DNA of 64,000 nucleotides from sequence record OK335775.1; one strand, given 5' to 3'. The first letter of the stretch is position 1. Every line of letters begins with the position of its first letter. Origin of the DNA: Escherichia phage PSD2002. The notes under the pieces are model-generated. The model saw only the letters and a list, made by a program, of their open reading frames with translations. It did not search any database and was not told the origin of the DNA. This document shows, piece after piece, positions 37,147-49,095 of this stretch. A program made the position numbers and the translations under genes.

Positions 37147-38268
37147 TTAATATTTTTCTCTAAATTCAGCGACCCAAACCTGACCAGGTTTAGTGCCTGT
37201 TTTATCATATAGCTGGGCTATGGTAGTACCCATATTTTTAGTTTCCGTACCAAAGTTCATACGAATACCGTTAACACCAAATTCAGCAGGTTTTGGCTGA
37301 GGTTCTGATTCAGATATCTCACCGAACATAACATTTCGAACTCCGCCTTGGCCAGCCGAAGCTGTTTTTCTGGCATAAAGAGTAAAGTCTGTAGTACCTT
37401 CAGGAACCATTACTACCCGTTCAAATGTCATCCATGCACCAGCAGGAACGTTGGAAGGAACGTCCATATTAACTGTCCCAGTTAAAGCACCTGAGGCATT
37501 AAAAAATCTAACAGACATCTGAGAGGTCCCGACGTCTTTTAAAGCTTGGTCATACATTAATTGAAACTTAAGGTAAAAGAATTCACCTGGCTTCATGTTA
37601 TAATCTGTTAATGGGGTGGTAGGAGATTCGGTAGGAAATCGCTTAATTTCATCTCCCTCATTGCTTAGATAAGTGCTTTCGTCTTCAACAATTCTGACAG
37701 GATATCCTGTACCACCGACGTCGCTGATATCATCAAATACCACTTCTAATGGAGTAGAAACATCTTCGACAAGCACCCCATCATTATAAAGCACATGTTC
37801 CATTACTATAGCATTCCTTCCTGAAACATAAAATGCAGAATAAGATGGCTCAAACCGGTCTATTAACCATTTAGTAGGGAATGCGGTACTTCCTGCTGCA
37901 CGGAACCAATCGATAAGTTTTTGTGAAGCATTTAATCTACCAGAAGATACTAAACAAACTATTCTATTGGCCGGTATAGAATTTATATACGTTATAAAAG
38001 CTTCAGAAATAACATCAAAATCTTTTGTAAAACTATAAGTTTTGTTAGCCACTATTTTAGGTTCAGCACTAACATCAATTTCTATAAGGTTTAATCCATT
38101 TTGAAAATTCTGGGAACCGAAGTTCCCATCTTGAAATTTAACATATGCTTTTGTGGTAGACTTAGTACAACTACCCGCTATACTAAGTTTATACCTTACA
38201 GCATTGTTTTCAGATAATGTAGGAACCTGGACATATCCTTGTCCAAATTCTGCCATAAATCTTTCCAT
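37147..38268 (-). CDS. 35: Gp35 long tail fibre hinge
   Basis: 373 aa between 34 and 36; size and position as T4 gp35. Confidence 0.8.
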   Translation of the reverse strand: MERFMAEFGQGYVQVPTLSENNAVRYKLSIAGSCTKSTTKAYVKFQDGNFGSQNFQNGLNLIEIDVSAEPKIVANKTYSFTKDFDVISEAFITYINSIPANRIVCLVSSGRLNASQKLIDWFRAAGSTAFPTKWLIDRFEPSYSAFYVSGRNAIVMEHVLYNDGVLVEDVSTPLEVVFDDISDVGGTGYPVRIVEDESTYLSNEGDEIKRFPTESPTTPLTDYNMKPGEFFYLKFQLMYDQALKDVGTSQMSVRFFNASGALTGTVNMDVPSNVPAGAWMTFERVVMVPEGTTDFTLYARKTASAGQGGVRNVMFGEISESEPQPKPAEFGVNGIRMNFGTETKNMGTTIAQLYDKTGTKPGQVWVAEFREKY

Positions 38269-38276
38269 AATACCTC

Positions 38277-41200
38277 TTATTCAATCCACTCAAACTTAAC
38301 GGATTTAGTGACCGGGTCAGGAATAATACGAACGTTACCAATACGTAACCAATCAAGGATTGTAATGTTACCCATTGTAGCGTTATCAGCAGGCAATGCA
38401 CCAACCTCTTCCGCAGAAGGAGGGTTATCTGCCGTATAGACCATAGAGAACGTAGTCCATGCGTTTTTATTTTTCTGCCAGGTACGTGTATAACGAATAG
38501 TACCACCATTCAGTCCTGTAGGATAGCACACCCAATCCTGATAACATGAATCCAATGTATTACCAAACTGAGTTAACGTACCAGGATATTTAACTTCCTT
38601 ATCACGAACAGAATAATCAAACCAAGTACCACGTAATTTCTGACCTGATGTACCGAGAACCTCGTCACCAAAACTACCGTCTTCGTTACGATAACGAATA
38701 GCCGGAGAACTAAATGCACCCGTTTCTGTCAACCAACCAGAAGCATTCCATATCTCATCAGAAACACCGGCAGGTTTAGTTTGGACCGTATCAATATTAA
38801 CCTGACGTTTAGTTTTCATCGTCCAATAACCAGGGAACAGGTTAAATGTAGCCGAATCATTGATATCGACAGACCAGAAGCCAACGGTTTCTGCAGTAGG
38901 GGCCTGCGATGCTAATGTAGGTTTAACACCAACAGAGCGGACGTATTTTTGAGCAACCAAACCATTATTTGCCGATACCTGTCCGGTGGAAACGATAGTA
39001 CCTGAAGTAGTTACGTTTTGCAATGAAGACAGAGCAGAAGCATTTAATGTAGTTGTAGAAACACCGTTAGAAGTGGTTATACCTGTGATATTAGCATTCT
39101 TAGAAATACTAATGGAACCACTATTAACAGCAAAGTCACCAGTCGTATTAAAGGTCCAGTAGAAAGATTCTAAAGAACCCGGCGATGGAAGATAATGTAT
39201 TTTAAAATCACGAGTTCCGTCGTTTACAGTGCCTAAAGAGAATGTACCTTGCCCTAAACGTTGTTTAACAATAGGATGGAACTTGGCATCCGGGGTCGAA
39301 TTTATCTCGGCAAAAATCGGAGCTAAAGTATCACCTTGAGAGTTCCAAGTACCTGCACCAGATTGGGGTCCTACAAATTTAATAGATTTACCTGAGCTAA
39401 CAGATACATCATTTTTAAAAGTAGAATTTCCAGTTACTTCTAGAGAACCTAAAATAGTGTTGCCGGTAATATTAGCCGTACTAGAAGACACTAGAGGAGC
39501 GGCCAGGTTCAATTGTTTTGTCAACGTTAAAGAACCATTAACCGTTTGGTCAACGTCTCTACGAATGAACTGGAGTGAATCTAGGCCATCCAATTTCTCG
39601 GAGTTCACAGCCGTAGCATTTATAGGTAAAAAGTTCTGTAAAGTTTTATTCATCTCGTAAGATGAAACCGCATAACCTGTTTTAGGGTAGTTAGCTGCGT
39701 TCAGAACAGTATCGTCGTTCTCATAAAGGCCTGTACCTGAGTTAAATTTAACACCAGAACCGGTAACTTTATTTCCTGAATAGGTTAAAGCACCTTCGGT
39801 TAATTTAACAAATCCACGACGAAGTGCAGTAGCTTCCCAAGTAGTTTCGGTCTGTACTACATATTTTAAACCAGAAGGGCTTACAGCCAAAACTTTAGAA
39901 GTTCCTGCGGTTGTTTCGGTATTGGTTGCAACACGAATAATACCTTCAGAACTTTCAGTAGATTTTTTAGAGTGTAATTTCAAAGGAGTGATGATGGTTT
40001 TGTCATCAGTACCAACGTTGACTTCGGTCTGGGTCGCCAGGCGAGCAGTACCACGTTGAGTCTCATTTGCTTCTCTAATATCTAGTGTATAATGGTTCCA
40101 TAAGGTTCCTGATTCAACCAAACCACTGGCTGCTGAGACAGAAGTTCTAGCAGTATCATTAAATCTTGTTTTAATTTTCAACGGAGTTGAAATAACATTA
40201 TCTAACGTACCTGCATCAAATTCTACCTGTGTTGCAATTCTAGCAATACCAGTCAATCCTTCCATAGCTTTCCTATCATTTAACGTCTTAGGCGTTACCG
40301 CACGAGTATAATCTGTTCCAGTATCAGTTTCCTGTTGCGTAGCAATTTCAATTAACCCTGTACGAGTATCAAGAGCCACACGAGCATGTAATGTTTCCGG
40401 AGAAACAGCACTGTTGGCAAATCCACTTGCCGATTGGCCTGCGTTAACTTCAGATTGGTTAGAAAGATATACCGTACCCTGTTGAACTTGGGTAGCTTTA
40501 TACTGGTCAAGAGCTTTAGGAGAAATAACCAAATTGCCTACGTTCTTATTATAAACGTTAGTACCTACGGTGTCCCTAGCAGTCGCAGGAGTGGTTCCTA
40601 CAGTAGAGGTATATGTTACAATACCTGAAAGACTTTCCGAACCCTGGCGCGCTTGTAGCTTCTTAGGAGTGATGATTGTAGTATCATCTATACCAGCATC
40701 AGTTTCAACTTGCGTAGCAATTTCAGCAACACCACGACGAGTTTCGGTTGCAGTACGTTCGTTTAATTTCTTAGGAGAAATAATCAAATCGTCCTGGAAT
40801 GCGAAGGTTGTGTCCTGGTTCACCTGAGCAGTAGTAGCAATACGAGCAATACCACGACGAGATTCAGTCGCCACACGATTAGCTAAAGTCTGCGGAGTAA
40901 TTGCCAGTTCTTTTTCAGGATTATTTTCATGGTCAACGTTTGCTTGAGTCTGGGACGCAAGGGCAATAACACCTAAACGAGCACGAGTTAAATCATCTTT
41001 AGAATCCACACGTTCTATAGTAGGAACGTTCTGGGCAACAACCCAATATTTGCCACCTGTAGTGGTGTCTTCGATATAACTCAGTTCAATAACCGGAGTA
41101 TAACTTATATCGCCATTAAAGGTCAGTACATCATTCAATACCCATTCGGTTTCTGGTGGATATTCTGAACGTTTAGGGAATTGAAGCAATTGAACAGAAG

Positions 41201-42326
41201 AAGCAATCTTATCTCCTACAGCAGCCTTAATATTTACCGTCTGAGCTTTACGGAGATAGTTCAGAGCAATCTTAACGACATCACCCTGGGCTACGCCTGT
41301 AGGTAATGTGATATTAATCGTCTGCGGCGTGGTGTTATTAGGACCAAAAACAATAACGCTTTCGTTAGCCAAGAGTTCAACATCATCGCGAATTACACGT
41401 AAGCGAGTTTGAAGGTCGCCGTCCCAAACATACCATAATTTTTCGTTAGAGTTATAAACGAAGAATCCATCGCCTGAGGTACGGAATTCCATGCTATGCT
41501 GATCAGGTTTACCTAATGCAGACGAAGCATCAAACGTTTCAACGATTAAGTGGAACTTACTTCCTAAACCATCGATATCAACGGTTTTAATCATATCACC
41601 TTGGTTCGCATACTTAGGAAGAGTAAACTTAATTACTGCACCTGAAGTATAACGACGGAGAACATTATCACCGGCTTGAGCTTGGAACTGAGCGGTGTTC
41701 GGTTCTACACGAATACCACGTTCTTCGTTACCAGCTTCCCAGAAATGCCAAAGACGGTTAGCAAAGATAAGCATGTTATAAGAAAAAGGCTTCGTAATTA
41801 AGGTCTCAGTAAACTGATTACCAAAACGAACAATTTTCTGGTTACCACCACCAGGAGCAGAACTAGACTGAACCTTTATTTCGTTATAACCAACACGTCC
41901 ACCGATATCTTTAATTACAACGGTATCGCCGTCTGTAGGGTTAGGAGGCAAGGTAAATGTAGTAAAGCTAGCAGCGGAATCCACCGCAATATATTCACCA
42001 GAAGCCAGTTGGCGTGTAGGAGATGCTACGGTAATCCATTTAGGGTCCGTACGGGTAGCGGTCCAATAACCAGGTACAAAGGTTCCTGCCGGAGCATCGA
42101 TATCGCGTTGAGCAACCCAGATACGTTGGTCATGGATTACGGCGAACCCTTTCTTATATCCACGCGTCTCGTCGTACGCCTGGATGGTGTTCTCATCTAT
42201 AAAGAATTCAACGTTGACGCCGTCGTCTAATACATTGTAATCGGCTTTGGCAACATTGATAACTTTCTCGCCTGCAGCATCGAGTCCGGATGTAGCACGG
42301 AAGGCAGGTTTTAAAATATCGGCCAT
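38277..42326 (-). CDS. 34: Gp34 long tail fibre proximal subunit
   Basis: 1349 aa; extensive identity to T4 gp34 as recalled (N-terminus, internal RGIARIATTAQVN repeats, C-terminus VKFEWIE); late promoter upstream. Confidence 0.95.
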   Translation of the reverse strand: MADILKPAFRATSGLDAAGEKVINVAKADYNVLDDGVNVEFFIDENTIQAYDETRGYKKGFAVIHDQRIWVAQRDIDAPAGTFVPGYWTATRTDPKWITVASPTRQLASGEYIAVDSAASFTTFTLPPNPTDGDTVVIKDIGGRVGYNEIKVQSSSAPGGGNQKIVRFGNQFTETLITKPFSYNMLIFANRLWHFWEAGNEERGIRVEPNTAQFQAQAGDNVLRRYTSGAVIKFTLPKYANQGDMIKTVDIDGLGSKFHLIVETFDASSALGKPDQHSMEFRTSGDGFFVYNSNEKLWYVWDGDLQTRLRVIRDDVELLANESVIVFGPNNTTPQTINITLPTGVAQGDVVKIALNYLRKAQTVNIKAAVGDKIASSVQLLQFPKRSEYPPETEWVLNDVLTFNGDISYTPVIELSYIEDTTTGGKYWVVAQNVPTIERVDSKDDLTRARLGVIALASQTQANVDHENNPEKELAITPQTLANRVATESRRGIARIATTAQVNQDTTFAFQDDLIISPKKLNERTATETRRGVAEIATQVETDAGIDDTTIITPKKLQARQGSESLSGIVTYTSTVGTTPATARDTVGTNVYNKNVGNLVISPKALDQYKATQVQQGTVYLSNQSEVNAGQSASGFANSAVSPETLHARVALDTRTGLIEIATQQETDTGTDYTRAVTPKTLNDRKAMEGLTGIARIATQVEFDAGTLDNVISTPLKIKTRFNDTARTSVSAASGLVESGTLWNHYTLDIREANETQRGTARLATQTEVNVGTDDKTIITPLKLHSKKSTESSEGIIRVATNTETTAGTSKVLAVSPSGLKYVVQTETTWEATALRRGFVKLTEGALTYSGNKVTGSGVKFNSGTGLYENDDTVLNAANYPKTGYAVSSYEMNKTLQNFLPINATAVNSEKLDGLDSLQFIRRDVDQTVNGSLTLTKQLNLAAPLVSSSTANITGNTILGSLEVTGNSTFKNDVSVSSGKSIKFVGPQSGAGTWNSQGDTLAPIFAEINSTPDAKFHPIVKQRLGQGTFSLGTVNDGTRDFKIHYLPSPGSLESFYWTFNTTGDFAVNSGSISISKNANITGITTSNGVSTTTLNASALSSLQNVTTSGTIVSTGQVSANNGLVAQKYVRSVGVKPTLASQAPTAETVGFWSVDINDSATFNLFPGYWTMKTKRQVNIDTVQTKPAGVSDEIWNASGWLTETGAFSSPAIRYRNEDGSFGDEVLGTSGQKLRGTWFDYSVRDKEVKYPGTLTQFGNTLDSCYQDWVCYPTGLNGGTIRYTRTWQKNKNAWTTFSMVYTADNPPSAEEVGALPADNATMGNITILDWLRIGNVRIIPDPVTKSVKFEWIE

Positions 42327-42358
42327 TTTATTTCCTTTTCGTTTTCAGGGTATAGAAC

Positions 42359-42366
42359 TATTTATA
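42359..42366 (-). promoter_or_regulatory. Late promoter TATAAATA for gene 34
   Basis: TATAAATA on - strand about 33 nt upstream of the gene 34 ATG. Confidence 0.6.
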
Positions 42367-42373
42367 GCAAGAT

Positions 42374-42402
42374 GTTTACTTCCTTAAAACCCGTGATATA
42401 AT
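42374..42402 (+). promoter_or_regulatory. Early promoter for rnh
   Basis: GTTTAC-N17-TATAAT; divergent from the gene 34 late promoter. Confidence 0.6.
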
Positions 42403-42433
42403 GGACCTCTCAACTACTTGAACAGAGGTTCAT

Positions 42434-43381
42434 ATGAACGATTTAGATTTTTTACTTCCTGAAGAAGACCAACAAAAAGATGGATTTTTACTCCTAGATT
42501 TCAGCCAAATCATTATGGCTGCAGCTTTCCAAGAGTTTGGTGAGAATGCTGGATTTCCTAAAGTAACTACAGCAATGCTTCGACACCTCGTGTTGAATTC
42601 AATTAAGAAAAATATTAAAGACTTTAAAAAACAGGGGTACAACCAACTGGTTATTTGTGTTGATAACTCTAAATCAGGTTATTGGCGTCGTCGCTATTCA
42701 CCTTATTATAAGAAAAACCGTGCTAAGGCTCGTGAAGAATCATTATTTGATTGGGAAGGCTTATTTACGGCAATGCATATTATTGTTGATGAGCTTGAAC
42801 ATAACATGCCTTATATTGTTATGAACATCGATACTGTCGAGGCCGATGACCATATTGCTGTTTTAACCCGTATCCTTACGGCTTTAGGCCATCCTGTTAT
42901 GATCGGTTCTTCGGATGGTGACTTTACCCAACTTCATAAATTCCCTGGGGTAAAACAATGGTCTCCAATGCAGAAAAAATTCGTCAAAACAAAATCTGGC
43001 GATTCATTATTGGATTGTGTAACCAAGGTTGTTAAAGGCGACCGTAAAGATAACGTTGCGAGTATTAAAGTTCGTGGTGATTACTGGTTGACAATGGTTG
43101 AAGGCGAACGTACTCCTAGCACTCGTGCCAAGGAACTTGAAGCAATTGCTCTTAATTATTACGACCATGATATAATTAAAACACTTCTTACTGAAGAACA
43201 ATATGAACGTTTCTGTGAAAACCAAATCTTAATTGATATGGACTTTATTCCAGATGATATTGTTGCTTTAATTACTGAAAGATATAATACGTATAACAAA
43301 CCTTCGAAATCTAAAGTTTATCCTTATTTCGTTAAATCTGGTTTGTCTAAACTAACCGCTACAGTAGCTGATTTTTATTAA
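42434..43381 (+). CDS. rnh: RNase H (5'-3' exonuclease, FEN-like)
   Basis: 315 aa; LLDFSQI, SGYWRR..YYKKNR.KAREES, EADDHIAVL, SSDGDFTQLHK motifs match T4 RNase H. Confidence 0.9.
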   Translation: MNDLDFLLPEEDQQKDGFLLLDFSQIIMAAAFQEFGENAGFPKVTTAMLRHLVLNSIKKNIKDFKKQGYNQLVICVDNSKSGYWRRRYSPYYKKNRAKAREESLFDWEGLFTAMHIIVDELEHNMPYIVMNIDTVEADDHIAVLTRILTALGHPVMIGSSDGDFTQLHKFPGVKQWSPMQKKFVKTKSGDSLLDCVTKVVKGDRKDNVASIKVRGDYWLTMVEGERTPSTRAKELEAIALNYYDHDIIKTLLTEEQYERFCENQILIDMDFIPDDIVALITERYNTYNKPSKSKVYPYFVKSGLSKLTATVADFY

Positions 43382-43391
43382 GGTGAATATA

Positions 43392-43661
43392 ATGGCTAAA
43401 GAAAAAGTGAAAGTTGAATTCAATCAAGAAGAACATGGTAACACATTGGCACAACTGATTAAGTCGGCTTCTGATACTAAATTAAAAATGGAAGCTTACG
43501 GTGACGAAATTAAAGATATCAAAGACCGTGCTAAGACTGAACTTGGTGTAGACGGTAAAATGTTTAACCAACTGTTTTCCCTGTACCATAAAGGCACTCG
43601 TGAACGTTTCGAAGACGAAAAAACTGAAGTGGTAGAACTGTATGACACAATCTTTGAATGA
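43392..43661 (+). CDS. dsbA: DsbA double-stranded DNA-binding protein (late transcription)
   Basis: 89 aa from ATG 43392; position and size as T4 dsbA. Confidence 0.75.
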   Translation: MAKEKVKVEFNQEEHGNTLAQLIKSASDTKLKMEAYGDEIKDIKDRAKTELGVDGKMFNQLFSLYHKGTRERFEDEKTEVVELYDTIFE

Positions 43662-43944
43662 TTTTGATGGAGCGGTTAATACCGCTTCCGAACCTGTCCA
43701 TGTATTGGTAAATAAACAACAGAATGGTCTCGATATTGAGGCCTTTGTTGAGGCTGAAGGTTGTAGCTACCTCGAAGCGGCTACCGCATGGTTGGAAGAG
43801 AACAGCATCCCTGAAGGTAACTTTGCTCGTTATTTGCCTGCAGGAATTATTGATAAAATTATGAACGAAGCCATTGATGATAACTTGCTTCGACCTTCAA
43901 TGGCTCGAACGCAAAAAACTAATACTCTGGATTTCTTGTTATGA
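43642..43944 (+). CDS. 33: Gp33 late-transcription co-activator
   Basis: 100 aa; SYLEA.TA.LEENSIPE...LLRPS....KTNTLDFLL matches T4 gp33 C-terminal half. Confidence 0.8.
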   Translation: MTQSLNDFDGAVNTASEPVHVLVNKQQNGLDIEAFVEAEGCSYLEAATAWLEENSIPEGNFARYLPAGIIDKIMNEAIDDNLLRPSMARTQKTNTLDFLL

Positions 43945-44594
43945 TTAAGATTCGCATGCCACCAAACAATAACCGTATGGTGAATGGTAAGAGCGTATAT
44001 TCACTATACTTAATGCTCAAACATCACTTCAATGCCAAATACGACGTTATAAAATATAACTGGGTCATGCGAATCTCTGATACGGCTTATCAAAAACGTC
44101 GTGACAAATATTTCTTTGAGAAATTGAGTGATAAATACACTTTGAAAGAGCTTGCTCTTATCTTCATGAGTAACTTGGTGGCTAACCAAGACGCATGGAT
44201 TGGCGACATCAGTGATGCTGACGCCTTAGTCTTTTACCGAGAATATATCGGTAGACTTAAAAGAATAAAACAAGTTTTTGAGGATGATATCAAAAACATC
44301 TATTATTTCAGTAAGAAAGTGGAAGTTAAAGCGCTTTCTGAAATTTTTGATTATAATAAAAAAGTTAACTCGAGCTATATTTTTAAGCTCCTTCAATCGA
44401 ATGTTATTTCATTCGAAACGTTTATTTTGCTTGATTCATTTATGGATATAATTGATAAACATGATGAACAGACCAACGATTTAGTGTGGTCTAAGTATTC
44501 GACTAAATTAAATGCTTACAAAAAAATTCTTATAGTAGATTCTATTGAGGCTCGTAAATTGTTCATTGAAACAATTAAGGGTTGTAAATTTTGA
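43941..44594 (+). CDS. 59: Gp59 helicase loader
   Basis: 217 aa between 33 and 32; size and position as T4 gp59. Confidence 0.8.
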   Translation: MIKIRMPPNNNRMVNGKSVYSLYLMLKHHFNAKYDVIKYNWVMRISDTAYQKRRDKYFFEKLSDKYTLKELALIFMSNLVANQDAWIGDISDADALVFYREYIGRLKRIKQVFEDDIKNIYYFSKKVEVKALSEIFDYNKKVNSSYIFKLLQSNVISFETFILLDSFMDIIDKHDEQTNDLVWSKYSTKLNAYKKILIVDSIEARKLFIETIKGCKF

Positions 44595-45226
44595 ATATAG
44601 TTTATAAAATGACTTGGCTTAATCGTCAGGCTAATAATATTAAGCCGTTTTCGTACATAGGTTCTAAAACTAATTGTACTTTTGAAAATGGCGTGATTAT
44701 TGACTGTAAAGGTAAAGAGTATTGGACCTCTTGCGAGCAATCAAGATTTAAAGAGGCCATCGAAGAAGAAAAACCTATTGTTGAAATTTTGGCTATAACG
44801 CCATTTGATATTGTTATTAATATTGAACGTTCAGAACAATTGGAAGTTCAAGCTAGAGATAATGATGATTATTTTAATTTGGTTTATGCCGGTGGCGGAT
44901 TTGGAGTCTTTGGATGCACTCACCCAGCCAAACGTCCTGAAGTTAGAGCCCATATGAAAGCTGCTAACTATATGAATCAACCCGATTACCGTCCTTGGAA
45001 AACTTCTAGAGCAAACCCTTTAGATTGGATGCTTAGTGATATTGCTTATACTAATTATTGTATAATTAATTCTAGTGGAAGAGCTTGTGGATGGAGGCGT
45101 CTCATTAACTCTGGTATAAATGTTAGTGAAACTACATCAAAGAGTATGATTAAACAATTTAATGAGGGTTGGATTCCTAATGATGACCCTGAATTCATTA
45201 AGTTAAAAATGCTTTATTCGAAGTGA
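44591..45226 (+). CDS. Putative GIY-YIG-like (Seg-type) homing endonuclease, possibly degenerate
   Basis: ORF between 59 and 32, where T4 carries segG; N-terminal IVYK...(15 aa)...YIGSK pattern if TTG 44591 is the start (alternative ATG 44609); AT-rich; canonical downstream Arg/His/Glu catalytic residues not clearly seen. Confidence 0.4.
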   Translation: MNIVYKMTWLNRQANNIKPFSYIGSKTNCTFENGVIIDCKGKEYWTSCEQSRFKEAIEEEKPIVEILAITPFDIVINIERSEQLEVQARDNDDYFNLVYAGGGFGVFGCTHPAKRPEVRAHMKAANYMNQPDYRPWKTSRANPLDWMLSDIAYTNYCIINSSGRACGWRRLINSGINVSETTSKSMIKQFNEGWIPNDDPEFIKLKMLYSK

Positions 45227-45234
45227 TATATAAT
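45210..45234 (+). promoter_or_regulatory. Middle promoter (MotA box) for gene 32
   Basis: TGCTTTA at 45210-45216, 12 bp spacer, TATAAT at 45229-45234; lies within the 3' end of the GIY-YIG-like ORF. Confidence 0.55.
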
Positions 45235-45324
45235 TACTTCATCTTCAAAACCTAGTTATCAAGGTAAACGTGATAACAACAACTGTTAATAAATTTATTA
45301 AATATATCAAATAAGGTAAATAAT
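45235..45324 (+). promoter_or_regulatory. Gene 32 5' leader (candidate autoregulatory translational operator)
   Basis: Extremely A/U-rich, apparently unstructured leader preceding gene 32; in T4 gp32 represses its own translation by binding such a leader. Confidence 0.45.
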
Positions 45325-46236
45325 ATGTCTATGTTTAAACGCCGTAATCCTGCTGAACTTGCTGCTCAACTGTCTGCAATGAAAGGTGGCTCTTCTTTCT
45401 CGTCTGATGACAAATCCGAATGGAAATTGAAAGATGACAATGGCGTAGGAACCGCAGTTATTCGATTCCTTCCTTCGAAAAACGAAGCTAATCCATCCCC
45501 ATTCGTTAAGCTTGTTAACCATGGTTTTAAGAAAAATGGTCAGTGGTATATCGAATCATGTACGTCTACTCATGGTGATTTCGATTCATGTCCTGTATGT
45601 AAATACATGAACCAGAATGATACCTTTAATACTAATAATGCCGAATACAAACTGATGAAACGTAAAACTTCCTTCTGGGCTAACATCCTTGTTATTAAGG
45701 ATAGTGCAGTGCCTGCTAACGAAGGTAAAGTGTTTAAATTCCGTTTCGGTCAGAAAATTATGGATAAAATCAACCAGATGGTTGAAGTTGATACCGATAT
45801 TGGTGAAGTGCCGGTTGACGTAACATGTCCGTTTGATGGTGCGAACTTCGTACTGAAATCTAAGAAAGTTGGCGACTTCAAGAACTATGACGATTCCAAA
45901 TTCATGGGTCAGTCTGAAATTCCTAACATCAATGATGAAGCTTACCAAGCTAAATTGATGGAAGAAATGCACGACCTTTCTAAACTGCTCGATTTCAAAT
46001 CATTCGAAACTAACGAAGCCAAGTTTAAGAAAGTTGTTGGTACAGCTGCTCTTGGTGGTGCTGCCGCTAAAGCTTCTGCAGCCGCTGATAAGATTGGTGA
46101 TGACCTGGACGCATTCAGTGCAGACCTTGATGCATATGATTCTAAACCATCTACACCGACTCGTTCCACTACTCCTGAGCCGTCAGTAAGTCCTTCTGAT
46201 GACGATGGTCTGGACGACCTGTTAGCTGGTCTATAA
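45325..46236 (+). CDS. 32: Gp32 single-stranded DNA-binding protein
   Basis: 303 aa; MFKRR..AELAAQ, zinc-binding C...H...C..C region, acidic C-terminal tail ending DDLLAGL; strong match to T4 gp32. Confidence 0.95.
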   Translation: MSMFKRRNPAELAAQLSAMKGGSSFSSDDKSEWKLKDDNGVGTAVIRFLPSKNEANPSPFVKLVNHGFKKNGQWYIESCTSTHGDFDSCPVCKYMNQNDTFNTNNAEYKLMKRKTSFWANILVIKDSAVPANEGKVFKFRFGQKIMDKINQMVEVDTDIGEVPVDVTCPFDGANFVLKSKKVGDFKNYDDSKFMGQSEIPNINDEAYQAKLMEEMHDLSKLLDFKSFETNEAKFKKVVGTAALGGAAAKASAAADKIGDDLDAFSADLDAYDSKPSTPTRSTTPEPSVSPSDDDGLDDLLAGL

Positions 46237-46252
46237 GTTATTGATTTATAAT

Positions 46253-46279
46253 GGGAAGACTTCGGTCTTCCCTTTTTGG
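46253..46279 (+). terminator. Rho-independent terminator after gene 32
   Basis: 8-bp stem GGGAAGAC-TTCG-GTCTTCCC plus TTTTTGG. Confidence 0.75.
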
Positions 46280-46288
46280 CATTTAATG

Positions 46289-46317
46289 GTTTACAACGCC
46301 TTTAAACATGATACTAT
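46289..46317 (+). promoter_or_regulatory. Early promoter cassette
   Basis: GTTTACAACGCCTTTAAACATGATACTATAGACCTATCAACTA; an identical copy begins at 46995. Confidence 0.6.
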
Positions 46318-46346
46318 AGACCTATCAACTACATGAGGAAATAAAA

Positions 46347-46730
46347 ATGGAAATCGGTAAAAAATACGAACTTCGTCCTGAGCGTATCAAAGCTTTTATT
46401 AATATCACCCCTATCAATAATAACGATATGGTGGATATTATCCAAGACAATGGTGGTTGGTTTGAAGTAAAGGATACGATGACCTCGGATGGGGATAAAT
46501 TTGTAACTAAAATCAAATGTGCGAATGGTAAGATTTTTAGTGCAGACGGGACACTAGAGGAATATTTTGAATTGCATGAAGATGAGTTCTATTGCTTCCG
46601 TGAATGTGCTGAACAAGACGAAGTTGACGAACCCGTTACTAAGGTGGGCGTGACTCAAATCCATTGCATTGTTACCGAACAGAACGTTGACCAAATCATT
46701 GAACTTTTGCAAAAAACTTTTAAGGCCTAA
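46347..46730 (+). CDS. Hypothetical protein
   Basis: 127-aa ORF after promoter cassette and GAGGAAA. Confidence 0.45.
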   Translation: MEIGKKYELRPERIKAFINITPINNNDMVDIIQDNGGWFEVKDTMTSDGDKFVTKIKCANGKIFSADGTLEEYFELHEDEFYCFRECAEQDEVDEPVTKVGVTQIHCIVTEQNVDQIIELLQKTFKA

Positions 46731-46731
46731 T

Positions 46732-46992
46732 ATGACTAAAGATGATTTCCTGGATGCAGTAGAAAAAGCCAGTGAGAAATTTGAAGTGATGGGTGTACGA
46801 GTTCATAAAGACCGAAATTACGGGCTCGATATCCAAACTTATTCATTATGGCTTGTAGGTGAACATAGTCTTGTAACCACCTTAGTTATGGGTGTTGATG
46901 CCCAACCTTTACTGGTTAAATTTAGAAGTATGGAAAAAGCTACCAAAGAAATGATTAAACTTGGTAAATGGCTTGATAAAATTCAAAAATAA
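46732..46992 (+). CDS. Hypothetical protein
   Basis: ATG 46732; the ORF-track extension overlaps the previous gene. Confidence 0.4.
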   Translation: MTKDDFLDAVEKASEKFEVMGVRVHKDRNYGLDIQTYSLWLVGEHSLVTTLVMGVDAQPLLVKFRSMEKATKEMIKLGKWLDKIQK

Positions 46993-46994
46993 AT

Positions 46995-47023
46995 GTTTAC
47001 AACGCCTTTAAACATGATACTAT
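46995..47023 (+). promoter_or_regulatory. Early promoter cassette (duplicate)
   Basis: Same sequence as the 46289 cassette. Confidence 0.6.
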
Positions 47024-47055
47024 AGACCTATCAACTAATGAGTGAGGAAAATAAA

Positions 47056-47283
47056 ATGGCTAAGGTTAATATTGATATCGTTGATTTTGAATACACTTAC
47101 GAAGTTATCCGTAATCGTTATCCTTCTTTAGTTATGACCCATATTAAAGATACCCAATTCTGTAGTATGCAAATTGAAGTCCAAGGTCCTCTTGAAGACC
47201 TTACCCGCTTTATGGCTGACGAGTATTGTGACGGTATGCACCCGGAAGACACTAAATTTTATATGGGCTTAATTCAAAAATAA
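47056..47283 (+). CDS. Hypothetical small protein
   Basis: ATG 47056 after GAGGAAA. Confidence 0.4.
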   Translation: MAKVNIDIVDFEYTYEVIRNRYPSLVMTHIKDTQFCSMQIEVQGPLEDLTRFMADEYCDGMHPEDTKFYMGLIQK

Positions 47284-47284
47284 G

Positions 47285-47314
47285 TTTACACCAGGCTATG
47301 GTAGTGATACTATA
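47285..47314 (+). promoter_or_regulatory. Early promoter
   Basis: GTTTAC ... TACTAT with inverted repeat GGCTAT/ATAGCC. Confidence 0.55.
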
Positions 47315-47338
47315 GCCTTATCAACTAAGGAGAATAAA

Positions 47339-49037
<1,699 letters not shown>

Positions 49038-49095
49038 AAATTCAAATAATCTGTACTCTGTTTTTGGTTATTATGGTCGGACTGAATTTCATTCT

